Positions 46,151-60,134 of a stretch of DNA of 64,000 nt are shown in pieces. Below the pieces are notes generated by a model. The model did no database searches. It was not told where the DNA came from and saw nothing but the letters and a program-made list of their open reading frames with translations. How positions within the stretch are numbered: the first letter of the stretch is position 1; each line of letters opens with the position of its first letter. The position numbers and the translations under genes are program-made. The DNA is taken from contig OZ025785.1 of the NCBI GenBank assembly GCA_964019425.1, positions 744,001 to 808,000 on the forward strand, read 5' to 3'. The stretch is from Flectonema sp. DT1601 (taxonomy: Eukaryota).

Positions 46151-47980
46151 TCGTTGACTTTAATTAAAAAAAGCAAGAAAGAATGAGGAAAAAAAATTCA
46201 GATAAAAAATACCTTTCCGTACAGCTTCATCTTGAAGAAAGCGAGGACAGCGATAAACATGAATAACACGGCGAACAATATGATTGTTGGGATTAAAATC
46301 TCTCCCTTTGGTACGGCGAAGCAACGTCCCTGTTGTTTTTTGTGAAAATTAATTCCGACATTGCACTGGGGTAATAATAAAAGTAACTTCCATAATAAAA
46401 CATACCTTAGATAGAGAAAAGATAAACCATGGCACTCCAAGACCAATACAAATATCAAACACGTTGGATCCGAGAGCGTTCGATACGGCAGCGTCAGCGT
46501 TACCGTGCTTAGCTTCGTTGTAAGAACCCAAAGCATCAGGAACTGAAGTACCAGCAGCAAGTACAATAAGACCCATAGCAACTGGGTCAAATTGAATAAT
46601 TACTCCAATCCAGGAGACAATCTTAACCATCATCGCTGATAAGAATCCAATCCAAAGAATGTTCATAAAGAATGAAATGACGTAATGTTGTTCCATTGCA
46701 GGTCTGCTAACATCTGGGATAGTTAGCTTAAACAGAAACTTGAATGGAATTGTAAAGATTCCAGCAACGTTACAGCAGACTCCAAGTGGGGTGTTCCACT
46801 CATCTTCAAACCCGATAATACCATCGAATAGTCCTTGTTCTTCATCATCATCACTGTCGTCATCACTTGAGGTTTGCATTGACGAGACTGACTTGGCTGC
46901 AGATTGCTCAAGTTTCTCCTTTTCCTTTAGTTCTTGAGCAGCGTTAGATACGTCTAATGGACCCTGTGGCTTGTCGTTGATGTCCTGGTGCTTTGGTTTT
47001 CTGTTGCTGTCATCGTGATCTTTGCAACATTCACAAAGAAGCTTCTCCTTTAGAGTCTCAGCATATGGTCTAAGTTCAGCTGACTTCATCATGTACGCAA
47101 TGTAGAGACAGTAAATTAGAATGTAGACAAGTGATTCGTACCACTTAATACATCCTTCAGTGATGTGTGGCTTCTTGTCTTCCTTGTCAGGTTCATCAGT
47201 GGCGAAGGAAGTCACTAACAAGATAATTGAAATTGAGTAGAAGACGGTATCTCTAAGAAGTGGATACCAATCAATTGGTAAATATGATCCTTCTTCTTCT
47301 AACTTCTTCATTTTGTTCTCCCATGCTCTTAAGCGGGACTTGTACTTCTTCTCAACAAGTTCTGCATCCTGACCTTCAAGAACTTCAAGGACAGGTTTGT
47401 TGTTTTCAAGTTCACTGGCTGCGGACATCGTTGGGATGGTTGAAAGCGCAACGATGATTAGAACGTTGAAAATCGCGGATCCGACAATTGTTCCGACTCC
47501 AAAACCTTCACCTCCCTCATCAGACACTAAGAAAGTATCAGCAAATGATGTAAAGAATTCCGGGGCAGATGACGCAGCAGCAAGAAAAGTCGCACCTCTA
47601 ACATCAGCGGTCAGGTCAAGAGCGTCAGAAATGCTTTCTAAAGCCGGCTGAAAATATTCATCAGCGGCAATGGCAACACCACCAAAAATCCAAATCACCA
47701 TCGGAACCCACAAGAAGATACCGGCCCATCCTAAAGGTCCTGCGTACTCAGTTGCGGTATGGACTGGATTCCAATCTTCAGCACCTCCATTCTTTGATGC
47801 TAACAAACTTCTTCCAACTCTCGACTGTTCCATCGCCTCCTGTTGTTCAACACCTTGCTTGAAGTTCTTAACTGCTGAGAACCCGAGCACCAGAGCGAAC
47901 ACCGCAGTCCACCAGGCAAATGCCACATTGGTGACGAGCTTTCTTTTCCTCCGTTCCTTTCTAACAACTTGCGCCTTCAT
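46036..47980 (-). CDS. K+-dependent Na+/Ca2+ exchanger (NCKX/SLC24 family), 3 exons, 590 aa
   Basis: Alpha repeats GATFLAAASSAPE..GTIVGSAIFN and LAAGTSVPD..SNALGSNVFD; introns 46405-46330 and 46212-46117 restore the last two TM helices. Confidence 0.93.
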
Positions 47981-48433
47981 TGTTGTCTTTGAGGGCTGGG
48001 GAAGGAAGATGATTAAAAATATAACAAGACAATCAACTTGGGAAGAAATGAAAAAGGAAGAGCAAAAGAAAAGTTCAAAACAAAAAATTGAGATACCAAA
48101 CCATAAAAATTACTTTCAAGGCAACTGCATTGCCACTCACAATACAATAATACCGATTGTAGCTGTGTCGCATACATTAATGCTTCACTACCTATTATAT
48201 TGTCAGTATTCATTCAGTATTTGACTTATTTCATCCACCAGTCATATTTAATCTTAGACAGTACTAAGCAAAACAATCAGTGTTAAAAAGATAAAACAAA
48301 ACAAATTGCTGCAGCACCAACTCCCAGTTTGACGCAGGAGATGGCTATCTCCTGTGTGAGATTACAATCACAAAGAATGAGACAGAGAGCATACTGTTCT
48401 TAGTCTACATTCTAACACGGAGGCAGCACTTAC

Positions 48434-51400
48434 TTAAACACTTCTAGGGTCTACATATCCAACTCCTCCCTTTGCTTCTCCCGGAGACATAACATCACCC
48501 ACACCCATACCTTCTAATATACGTTTAGCGATATTTGTTGCAATATCTTTTGCGAGTTTTTCAAAAGCCTCCTCTGATACTCCGGGTTTTTCAGATGTGT
48601 TGAAGTCAAGAAGAGTATACTTACCGCCGGTGTCTTTCGCAATTTTTTGGAAATCATTATACGGTTCTTTCAGAGCATTAATCTTATGCAGAGCATTAGT
48701 GTGGACGGGGATATTGCGGCTCACCAGTTTTTGGACTTCAGCTTCAAAATCGGTACAATATCTCATGAACGATCGTTCTTTTTTCCAGTATGCTTCACCC
48801 ATATTTTTCTCACGCATATCCTTCACTTTATGCTTTGGGAGGGGGGGAGCATCACCAATAATCATAACAGCACCACAAGAATCTTTTTCTTTTTCAAATT
48901 CTTCATTCGCATAGGCAAGAGCAACTTCGATTGCCTCTTCACCTTGACGGTACCTGCGAAAGTCTGGATTACCGCTTTCAATACGAATACCTTTTAAGAA
49001 ATCTTTTAGTTTGTCTGAATCGCTAGAATCTTTCCATCCTGAGATTGTAATTAAATGATCAGCATCTTTATCATAGTTACGATAGCCGACGATGTTTATT
49101 TCGAATCCCCTTTCGATACCTTGCATTTCAAGAATCAGTCCTATACCACAGATTAACTGATCGAGAGTTTCTCTTACAGCATCAAATACAGGTCTCATTG
49201 ATTCCGTGGCGTCTATGCACAGCATTAATCGAAATGGTTTTTTGTTAGCGTTTGTCTTGATTATACATTTATTCATATTCAGAATGTAGTCTTGAATTTT
49301 TTCCACTTGAGCTGTGTGTTGTTCACTGTCAGGTGGAATTTTCTCAAGTTCTTTAAGGTTTTTTATAAAGTTCTTTCCCTTATCGTGATGGCTTGTAGTT
49401 CTTTCCACGTCCTTGATTGCGTCACTGAACTTCTTATCGTGGTGTGTGTCTCTTATCGTTTTTATAGCTTTGCGAACTTCGTTTATACGACTTTCGTCAT
49501 TAGATGTCTTACCAGCTGCTTTCAATTGATTAATTTCATCCTCAGACATGTTGAAGTGATTACCTTTACGCAAGGAGTTCACATCAAATATGAGAGCCCA
49601 GCTACCTGGTTCTCCTTGGCGACCTACTCGACCTCTGGCTTGTGCCTCATCAGCCTCTGTGGGACTTAAGTATGTTTGGATTAGTAAGACTCCGTTGACT
49701 CTGGGTACTCTGACATCAGTTGTTTTTGGATCAATTCCTCTGGAGAATGGGTGAGTCATTGTTGATAATGTATTCATTTTAGGAATCTTATTAATCCCAG
49801 GATGTTGTGAATTAATCTCACTATTCTGTGAGTCACCAATTGTTGAATTATCGTTTAGAGTATTGTGATCAAACTTTCTAGAATTCAATTCATCAATTCG
49901 ACTGCAATTTTGGAAATCTCTTCGGTCCGAGTCCTTATCAAATAAAATACAGATTGGTCTTTTAGGATCCTCACTCGTTGTCTGTTGTAATATGAAGTCA
50001 ATGATTGCGCCGTGAAATTCCATTTTGTTTGCATCACCGCCAGTGTCTGTAACTTGCACTGTGGGCACGTTAATTTGTTTGTGCTCGTTACGGAAAGCAG
50101 AAGGCATGAAAGACTTGTGCACATCTTTAAGGGTTTCTTCAATCAAGCCGATTTCACTCTTGTGCATAGAGCTCAGAGTTCCCGTGAGCGCCAAGACAAC
50201 ATCGTATGCTTCAACTATGCGTGCATATGCGATCTTAGCCCCAATAATATTTAGTACGATGTAGTGATTTCTTTCTTCTGTGGAAATGCTGCCTTCACTG
50301 TGAGCTGCAAAGGCGTGCCACATGGTCTTGTAGCTGTGTCGCTTCGTGTAAGACTTTCCGTGATTGTCTTCGTAGCAAATCCTCTTTTCCCCGCTTTCTG
50401 GATCAATACCAAAGAAGTAGGATTCTTCTTTATATGTGAGTACATCCTTTAGCATGAGTCTCACGCAGCTCATCATTAATTTCTCCCAACGAGGATTATA
50501 TTTGCTAATTTCCCCAACACACTTCTTATACTCATCTGCTTCAAATATCATTGTTTGATAATCAAATAAAGATTCTTGTGAACGAGATTCCTTCCATATC
50601 AGTTCGGCTAATGCCGTTAGTGACTCAAGTTTGAGAGTTTCCAGAGCAACGTACTCATTGGCGTAGTTTTCAAAATTCCAAAGTGTGTCCATTTCATCAA
50701 TAATTGCGATGGTCTTACCGGAAGTTATCCTATCACCTGTTTTGAGTTTATAATATTCTTTTAAACTTCGGCTCCCTCACTACTGAAGTATGGTCATGGT
50801 GAGCAGCAAAAGATAATTTTAGTTTCCGTTGAAAAAGTACATACCTGAAACTGACTCTGGAGCAGCTCCCTTGGTAATAGCACAGGCGAGCCTCATTCGC
50901 ATGCAGCTTGAACCAGAGAGTATCCGTTCGCAGTGGTTTTCGTAGGTGTCCCAAGTGATCCTTGCACCTATACAAAGCTCATCAAAAAGACGACGAAATT
51001 CCTCGTAATCACGTTTACAGAGATAATCTGAATAACACATGCAGTGAACAGTGTTTCCAAGAATAGCAAGCACTGCAGCAGCTATGGCTATAACAATAGA
51101 CTTCCCTTCACCAGTTAAAATTTCTAGGAAATGGTGTTTTAAGTTATCAATATTATACTCATGTGAGAGGTATGTTTCCGGATCAGATGTCTTAATATCG
51201 AACCCCAGCATTCTGAAAACTGCGAGAACTTGAAGGACATTAGGAGTGACAATAGCTGATTCTCTTCCACTTCCTTTAAGTACGGCTGTGTCTGTTGATC
51301 GAATAGACCATAAGGTGAATAGAGAAGTACATAGTTTCAGTACATTCTCGTTTGTTACTTTAATCTCATCATCTTGCACTTTTTTCACAAAATCTTTCAG

Positions 51401-54400
51401 ATCATCAACCTTTCCACTTTCCACCTTAACGCTTTTCACTCCTTGTTTCCAATTAACCTCAAATGTTGTGTACATTTTTTCGAGAAGTTGCTTATTAACG
51501 GGGGAATTCTTTGTGTCTTCGAATAACAAATTTAGTGCCTTTTCAATTGTCATGTGCTTCGTTTTATTATTTCGATCCTGAGTGAGAACTGCTTGGAAGA
51601 CACTTCCATGGTCATTTTGTAATCCCTTAACATAGCTGGCTAAAGTATCATCTGTGTTGATATCAGTAAGGTAGTCCCTTACCATTGATAAACTAGAGAG
51701 TGTAGATGTTGTTGATGATTCTGTTGATTGACGTAGTTCTGAGAACACGCCTGCAATGCTCTCCGTAACTGATATCTGATCTCCAAGCACTTGTAGTGTC
51801 AACAATCTGAGTGCAAGTGTCTTAGCAGCACTCTCCCTTTCTTTACATTTATCAAACGTTTTTACCCATTCAGAAGTCTGCTTAACAATCCCATCAGATA
51901 AGGTTTTCAGACATTCTCGTTTACCAGCTGCGATGACTGCGATGATGGTTTTCATATTGTCATCTATTTGAACGTCGCTAGGCACAGCGTCATCATGGAA
52001 TTTCAATAATGTACCGAGGGGTGCAAAAGTGGAGATCAGTTTTTTTTGATTTTCCTCATCTCCTACCACTACATGGTTCTCTGAAACCTCTTTAACAATC
52101 CCAGTGATGACTAGATTTGTTGTGTTTTTCAATTCCTTAAAATAAGATTTGATGGCTGATGTCTTCCCCGTGAGTGTGTCGTTGTTGGAATCGACGACGC
52201 AACGAATGCTGGTCAGAGAATTCCACACATCAATATAATACTCGTGTCCTCCCTTGTTAGTTTCTGTCCACCTTTTCTTGATTTTCAGAAGAGCAGAGTC
52301 TATACCGTCACCAAGTCCCTTGACGGTTTCCTTAAGTTGCTGCGTGGCATTGCTATGTGGAAGCCACGCAAAATCGCTCATTCTGTCGCGTAGACGACTA
52401 CCATAAAACACTTTAATAGATTTATCATTATTCTGAATGGCATTAATTGATTCTAATAATGTTTTATCCGGAAGCTTTTGACACGCGGTCACGCAGGCTT
52501 CGTTCAACTTCTTAAATTTCAACAAAGCTGTATCCAACTCCTCTTCTACTCTTGACACCGTATCCAGCCCCCCAGACAATAAGTAATCTTTTAAAAATGG
52601 AATAAGTTCATGGACAGCATTGCAATCAGACTCCGAAATATCAGATGGCCCATTGTTATAAGATTGTAACTTTTTGGATAGATTCCCGGAATGTATTTTA
52701 AAATGTTTATCCGCAGTCGTTACCCAGCTGCTAATGATTTTTTTAACTTCATCTTGCTGTTTTTTGGGGGCATCAAAGCCCTCGACAACGGGCATAAAAT
52801 CGTTCCAAGATTTCTTAAAACTGACTAAGGCAGAAACACTGCTGGATGGGTGTTCAATCCAATTTTTTAAAAACTGTTCTGCGCTATTCCCAAGTTTCGG
52901 AAATATGTCTAAGAGGTACTGCTTGAGTACATCACCAGTGAAAGCTTCCTTTGCGGGTTCGCTACTACTTCCCAATTCGTGTTCTGTATATGTTTCTAAG
53001 AATTTTTTTACATTTTCCTTTCGCTCCGATTCACATTGGGTCACATCTTCAAACGAAGGGTCAAAAACCCACCCGAGTGAAATACTAAATTTTTTATATG
53101 TGTTCAAATCTTCAGCCTTTTTGGTTGTTATCTTTTTTGTCATGTGAGATTTCACACGGGATCTTATGGAACTTTTCAAAGTTTTATTCAAGTTTTCGAT
53201 CCTCTTTAGAACTTTATGAAACTCAACTTTATGAAACTTGCTACTCTTTAGTATTTCATCAACGATCTTCTTAATGTTCTCAATCTGGCTGTACTGCTTT
53301 ATAACATCTGTGGGACCTTGTTCGGCCACATCTTCAATTTTAGTTAAAAACATATTTTTTAGCTTTTCAACACACGAAATACTGTGTGCTAACAATTTCT
53401 TATAAAGTTCCGAGTTGTGTGATTCTGAGGGAACGCAATTCAAAATTCCTTCAAGTACAAATAAGTCTGCAGGATACGTATCGGGCACTTCCTTCTGAGG
53501 TTCAGATAAAATGTTGGAACTTACGTATGTAAAACTATCGTCACATAATTGCTTTAGTAAGTCGGGTGCGTTACTGATCTTTGTGGGATTACACAATTGT
53601 TGGATTAGCTTGTGTAAGTTATCTATATTGCGATTCTTTTTTATGTCTTCCAACTGCTTCCTGAATTCACTTGCTGCATAGATACCGTCGTTATTCATTG
53701 TAGTTGTAGCTTTCACCAGTAACCCCTCGGCCATCTCAATGAATTCCTTTAAGTTTTCTTCCGATTGAGAAGGTAGATCCCAGTTTTTAGGATTGCAGGA
53801 TTCACAATCGTAATTCTTCATCGCTTCTTCAATTCTCAAACGGAGTTTTCGTTCCAAATGAGGACGTATGATATCTATGTATTGGGATAGGGTCGGGTCA
53901 GTAACAGCTTTTTTAAAACTTTTATAATTTATTTCACCGTTGATAAACAACTGAACTGCCTGTTCACGTTTGGTGTGTGCCTTCTCCACATCGTTGAACG
54001 TCAGGTCCACTAAATTATGCTGCTCTGATATAATTTTCAAGCGATTTAATTTCGAAATGTCATCATCGGTGGTTCGATATTCAATGCAGTGTTTCAGATA
54101 TGGTTTGATACGATTACTGAACATGGTTTTCGTGGTATTTAAGAGATTCTTTGCAGGACTATTTTTTGCAAAAAGTTTGCCGAAAATGGTATACCACTTG
54201 CCCGATTCATTTTCTTCTTTACATATATTCCCAACGATGCCAAGGATGCTCTCGTAAGAGTTACATGCTTCAAAAAGATTATTTCCCTCAATATTTTCCA
54301 ACTCTTTTTCAATCGTCGTTTTAATCTCTTCAAAGTAATCAGCGAAAACCTTTATCACCGTGCCATCCAAGTCATCCAAACGTTTGACAGCTCTCTTAGT

Positions 54401-56218
54401 TTTGACATAACGACTTGACAAGGCATCGATCTTGTCAAATCCTATTCTCTCCTTGGGGAAGAGAGCTTTCATGAAGCTTACTAGAAGGTTTGACTGTCCC
54501 AAAGAGATAGTTTTCAAGAACCTAATTATTTCAGAGTATTGGTCATGATTATCATTATCACTAATCTGATTAATCATTTCATTGAACTGTTTTATGTTAT
54601 TTGATTTCGCACTAAAACTGTTCTCTGAATCAGCTGATTGTTGTTGTTGAACTTCAGCTACTGATTCTAAACATTTTTCAGTAATCAGAGGATCACTGAA
54701 TGTCTCAAAGGGAGTGTTGTTTTCAATTTCATTTCCCAGTACCTCAGATTGACTTCCATTAACATAGTTGTCAGTAATAGAGGTAACAGATATATTGTTG
54801 ATTAGAGATTCTGACTTGTCTTCCTTGAGATCGCAAGCAGTGATGGCTTCATCATTTGCGACAACTTCATTGTCCATCTCTTGCTCATCGTCAGCTGGTT
54901 GTTGTTGCTGTTCAACAGGTTCAGGCGCGCTACCATCCTCGTTACCTTCCTTGTGATGGGAGTCGTCAGCAAGACCAATCACAGATTCTGACTTGTCTTC
55001 TTTGAGATCGCAAGCAGTGATGGCTTCATTTGCGACAACTTTATTGTCCATCTCTTGCTCATCGTCAGCTGGCTGTTGTTGCTGTTGTTGTTCAACAGGT
55101 TCAGGCGCGCTACCATCCTCGTTACCTTCCTTGTGATGGGAGTCGTCAGCAAGACCAATCACAGATTCTGACTTGTCTTCTTTGAGATCGCAAGCAGTGA
55201 TGGCTTCATTTGCGACAACTTTATTGTCCATCTCTTGCTCATCGTCAGCTGGCTGTTGTTGCTGTTGTTGTTCAACAGGTTCAGGCGCGCTACCATCCTC
55301 GTTACCTTCCTTGTGATGGGAGTCGTCAGCAAAACCAATCACAGATTCCGATTTGTCTTCTTTGGGTGCGACAACTTCATTGTCCATCTCTTGCTCATCG
55401 TCAGCTGGCTGTTGTTGTTGTTGTTGTTCAACAGGTTCAAGAGCGCTACCATCCTCGTTACCTTCCTTGTGATGGGAGTCGTCAGCAAGACCAATCACAG
55501 ATTCTGACTTGTCTTCTTTGAGATCGCAAGCAGTGATGGCTTCATTTGCGACAACTTTATTGTCCATCTCTTGCTCATCGTCAGCTGGCTGTTGTTGCTG
55601 TTGTTGTTCAACAGGTTCAGGCGCGCTACCATCCTCGTTACCTTCCTTGTGATGGGAGTCGTCAGCAAAACCAATCACAGATTCCGATTTGTCTTCTTTG
55701 GGTGCGACAACTTCATTGTCCATCTCTTGCTCATCGTCAGCTGGCTGTTGTTGTTGTTGTTGTTCAACAGGTTCAAGAGCGCTACCATCCTCGTTACCTT
55801 CCTTGTGATGGGAGTCGTCAGCAAGACCAATCACAGATTCTGACTTGTCTTCTTTGAGATCGCAAGCAGTGATGGCTTCATCATTTGCGACAACTTCATT
55901 GCCCATCTCTTGCTCATTGTCAGCTGCTGTTGCTTTGCTGACAACAGGTTCGGGTTTGCTACTTTTCGCATCCAACTTGTTATTTCCATCAAGATTAACG
56001 CCACCAATGTCGACATCAATATTCGTATCATTTCCCAAAGCTGCAGATTCGTCTTCTTCTTGACCATCAGAAGGTAGGACAGCAGATTCCTCATCATGTG
56101 CAGAACTAGCAGTACTTTGAGTTACAACTTTCTCATTCTTCTTCTTCCTCTTTTTATTCAGAACAATTACGTCACCATCTTCTTGCATTTGTATGTCACT
56201 GTCACAATCAGTACTCAT
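48434..56218 (-). CDS. Giant SecA-like SF2 ATPase with acidic N-terminal repeats and C-terminal vWA domain (2 exons, 2558 aa)
   Basis: Intron 50844-50737 joins the two ORFs in frame and brings in IIDEMD. Motifs EILTGEGKS, YSDYLCKRD, LTGT, SRGID, QARGRVGRQGEPGS; vWA IDATESM..IIGDAPP. Confidence 0.88.
54810..55905. repeat. Coding tandem repeat of 156- and 180-bp units with a 336-bp higher-order duplication
   Basis: KEDKSESVIGxADDSHHKEGNEDGSAxEPVEQQQ..PADDEQEMDN occurs six times. Confidence 0.93.
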
Positions 56219-58069
56219 GATATTATCTTGGTTACTGTTGGACGCAGTTAACTGATGAAGAGAGAGAGAAACTTATCGACTAACAAATATTTCGATCACG
56301 TTGTTTTGTAAGAAGTGTTGCTTGTCTCTCTTCACGCCCGCTCATTTTCCTTTGTTTTTGTCATGAAAATAAGAAGTTATTCACAGTCACATTAAAGTAT
56401 AACATTCCCGCATTAGCATATCAATCGATTTTCTTTTTTTTCCTTCTTTTTGAACTTCGGAAGATTGTTTTTTTTTTTTTTTCCAATCATTTCTTTTTGT
56501 TCTTTTTTTTTTCCATCACAAAAAAAAAAAACGGGGAAAGGTGGGGGGGACCATTGGCGGAAATTCTTTTTTTATCAAAGGAGTCGATGGGGACAGCCAG
56601 CTAGACACATGAACTGCTTCAACTGTGTACCATAAGAAGTATTCTTTCCCTGATTGTTCTTGCAGCTCTACTGTACCAGTTTTAGAAAACCTAACAAAAA
56701 TGTACAATAAAACAGAAGCAGTTGAGACGTCCGTCCATATCTCAGCTTATTCCATCCACGCGAGTTCGCACAGCAGGGAATTGGGTGGTTTGGAGGTTGG
56801 CTCAAACGGGTTAACCAAAAACACGAATCGAGCAACCTCAAGATAATTATATCGGTGCTAACTATCAGTGCGCAGCAGCAGTATCTGAATGGGGTTCAAA
56901 GGAGAGTTTGGGGCCAGAATTTCTTTTTTTTTTCAAAAAAAAAAAGAGAGGGGGGGGAAAAAAAGAAGAGTTTCGCAGTCTCCGCGGAAAAAGGAAAAAT
57001 AAAAGAAAAGGAAAAGGGAAATATTCCCAACACAAGGATTTTCGAAAAAATCTCCGATACTTGGTTAGAAATAGTAATCATTCCCTATGAGAAAAAGGAA
57101 AGGGAAGAAAAGTTCGACTAAAAATAAAATCGTGTACAAATATGCTGCCATCTACCCGCTACATGTTCAACTTCAGTACAACAAGAAGAGGATGAAATTT
57201 ATAAATTAGTGGGATTTCAGAAGCCAGATTACCAAGGCCCCCGGCTGTCCTTTCTAAAAAGACAGCCATGTTAAACGCAGTTGTAGGGGGTTTAGGTGTT
57301 TATAAAAACAAATATTTGTTTTGATGTTCGTTCATTATTATTTTTTTTTTTTTTTTTTACCAAGCAACTTTCTTAACCCGGAGGCTGGTTTGCAAAGAAA
57401 TCGTATTGAGTTGTACCTTACCACGCTTGTTATGAAAAGGATGTTCAGTAAAAAGAAAATATTAAAAAGAAATTCTCAAAAATATCTTCTCCCGACAAAC
57501 AGTAATCTCCATCGATGAAAATATTTTCGGTTCGTATTGAGGTGGCAAGAATACACACATTCAAGTAAAAAGTAAAACAATTGGCCTCAAACAAACCCCT
57601 GTCCGAATAAAGTCAACCTGTTTCGGTTTTTGTTTACGGCACTGTCTGCTTGTTTAGTGAACTGACTTAGCTACGAGTCAATAACCCAAATCGGATGCAA
57701 GCAGCCACCGGCCTCGTGATTATTTGCTAGAAATAATAAGCATAAAAGAAAAAAGCCCTTCATCCAAGCAAATTACTTCCGTCCATAGCCACACAGGGGA
57801 GTGATAGTTCGACAAAGTACTAAGGTTTTACTGAGAAGTTTGGGTGAAAATTCAATTTTTTTTTTTTTTTTTTTTTTTTTCATTTAGCCACACGGGTATA
57901 TCTCTTTGACTTTCCAAATGGACAATGTGATTAGCTTCGATACATCACCTTACATAGTACACATCTCACACAAGCATAAGACTCACAAAGCAGGCGAATC
58001 CAGAACATTTGTGTAAGCCTCCCTCCTAACATTGTTACTCAGGTGATCACAACACATCTTGCATTCGCC

Positions 58070-58100
<31 letters not shown>

Positions 58101-58865
58101 CATACTACTAACTAAGGCAGCGAAACAGTTAGTTAAAATAGATAATGGAACAGTGTGAGGAATACTCTGTCACCAATAAACAATTGAATAAAATAAAATA
58201 AAAAGAAAGACTTGGTACACCTCCAATAAAGGTGCGAGACTTCTTTCCGAATGTAACCACGGATGGCTGTTTTGGAAACTTAAGAAACGAATAGTACGAA
58301 TAGGATAGACCAAACAGATGAGGCAAAGAGTTTTCGATTTAAGGGGGGGGATTTTTAAAGGAAAAAAGGCCAGATAAAAAGAAGAGAAAAAAAAAAAAAA
58401 TCTCTTTTGCTCAAAAAAAAAAAAAAAAAAAAAAAAAAAAACATGACGAAAAATAATCATCAGAAGCCCAGAACAAGAAAAAATCACTCTCCTGGAGCTT
58501 CAAATTACAAAAAAAAAAATTGTCTTTTTTCTCTTCTTGCTGAATTACGGACCCCTGTGCATTTTTCCACTTGACTAATAACTCTCAACCTCATGACTGA
58601 AGGCCGCTAGTCACAATGAACGCCACAGTTTAGTTGAAAAAAAGATACTTAAAAAAAGGAAGAAAGCTACTCTACGAAAACGCTTCTCTTTAAATAACAC
58701 CAGATGAAGTAATTTTTTTTATTTAAAATTACTTACTTTTGGTCTTTTTTTTTTTTTTTTTTTTATATTATTATTATCATTTATATTCAGAAGATAAAGA
58801 AACTAACTAAACAACCACACCACTCCAATAGCAAAGATGGAAAGAAGAAAAAGAAAGAGAAAAAA

Positions 58866-58989
58866 ACCATTCAGATTAGCCTTTTATTTCGTTGAACGCA
58901 GAAAATCCTGTCGCAAGGAGGAAAATAAATCATGATCATAAGAAATAACGGCTTTCAATCTGAATAGTTTCTTCTCCGACCACAGTCGG
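58866..58989 (-). repeat. Dispersed repeat family B, uninterrupted copy
   Basis: Reverse complement matches 41055-41258 minus the insert; hairpin ccgac-caca-gtcgg at 58976-58989. Confidence 0.78.
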
Positions 58990-59919
58990 TACAACAAAAA
59001 AAAAAGAAAAAAAGAAGAAAAAAAAAAGAAACGAAGATGATCTCAGTTTACATGGTATCAGAATCCAAATGCCATACATTTTGTTCTGCATAAGAATTGA
59101 AAGAGGGAACAGGGTTAAGTAATGAAAGGAAAAAATAAAAAAACAAATCAATGTATGATTGTTTTGCAGCTTGCGCTTGACTTCCTTTTTTTCCCTCAAG
59201 TTAAACAAGAGGATACCTAAAGCATAGGAAAAAGAGTTACCATAAGATCACAGCGCAAATGTTTTAAGTGCTCAGCCAAACGACACTCTTTGCCTGCAGA
59301 AACAAAGTGATCTATTACAAAGCACCCGATAGCGAGATTCGGGTGTACAGTAAAAAACCATCTTTTGTTCGAGCAACGTAAAGATTTTTCTTTTTTCTAC
59401 ATGTCGACGCTTTCTTTAGGAAGTAAGAAACTTGACTACACAAATCACATCGCACAAGTAAAAGGGGACTGGTTAACATAAGACTGAGGTTTCTTTTTTC
59501 TTTTTTTTTTTCCTTGTTGTAGTTTTTTTTTGTTTCCCTCTTCCTCACCATGTTTAGTTAGCAAAATACAATGTTTTATCGTACTGCAAACAAACAAACT
59601 AACAAAAAAAAAATTAGAAACAAAAAAAATAATTTTCCGAAAAAATAATTTTTTTAAAAAAAATAAAAAAAAATTTTGGACTAGGGGAAGGGAAGGTCCA
59701 ATTATTTATAATTCACCCATCAGTCATCCAACCTGAAAGTGAAGCTCTCGGAAAAATCAAATTTGAAAAAAAAAAAAAAAAAAACCATTATTAGAGCATG
59801 GAAATGAATAAGCCGTCTGCTGCTTTCTCTCGCACTTATTAAGACGGCAATTATTATTTCCCACTCTATGTCTTTGATGTACCAACAAAGACTAACAACG
59901 GCAAAGTATACACATATAC

Positions 59920-60134
59920 TAGTTAGTTTAGTTTGACAGTTATATAATCCAACGTTGCCGTATATTATGAGTGCTCTAGGGAGGGTAACTCACAGTAACA
60001 AGGACCCAATCCGTAGCCATATCCGAAGATTCCTTCGCATGGATTGTTGAAGTAGCATCGACTTATAGACTAATGAATACCTATCTCCAGCTTTCCGCCT
60101 CTCCTAGCTTATTAAACTATCGAACTAAAATAAA
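59920..60134 (-). mobile_element. Short non-autonomous element family A, copy 2
   Basis: taatccaacgtt..tatattatgagtgct..gacccaatccgtagccatatccgaagatt..agcttattaaactatcgaactaaaataaaa shared with copy 1. Confidence 0.75.

Noticed and set aside
48335..48354. caggagat-ggct-atctcctg hairpin as a terminator
   Set aside because: Eukaryotic context, no U-tract; a single short hairpin is expected by chance
56253..56275. CTGATGA..GAAAC hammerhead-like core
   Set aside because: Intervening (AG)n cannot pair
57243..57290. ggctgtc..gacagcc hairpin as a Helitron 3' end
   Set aside because: No CTRR terminus at the expected distance and no second copy
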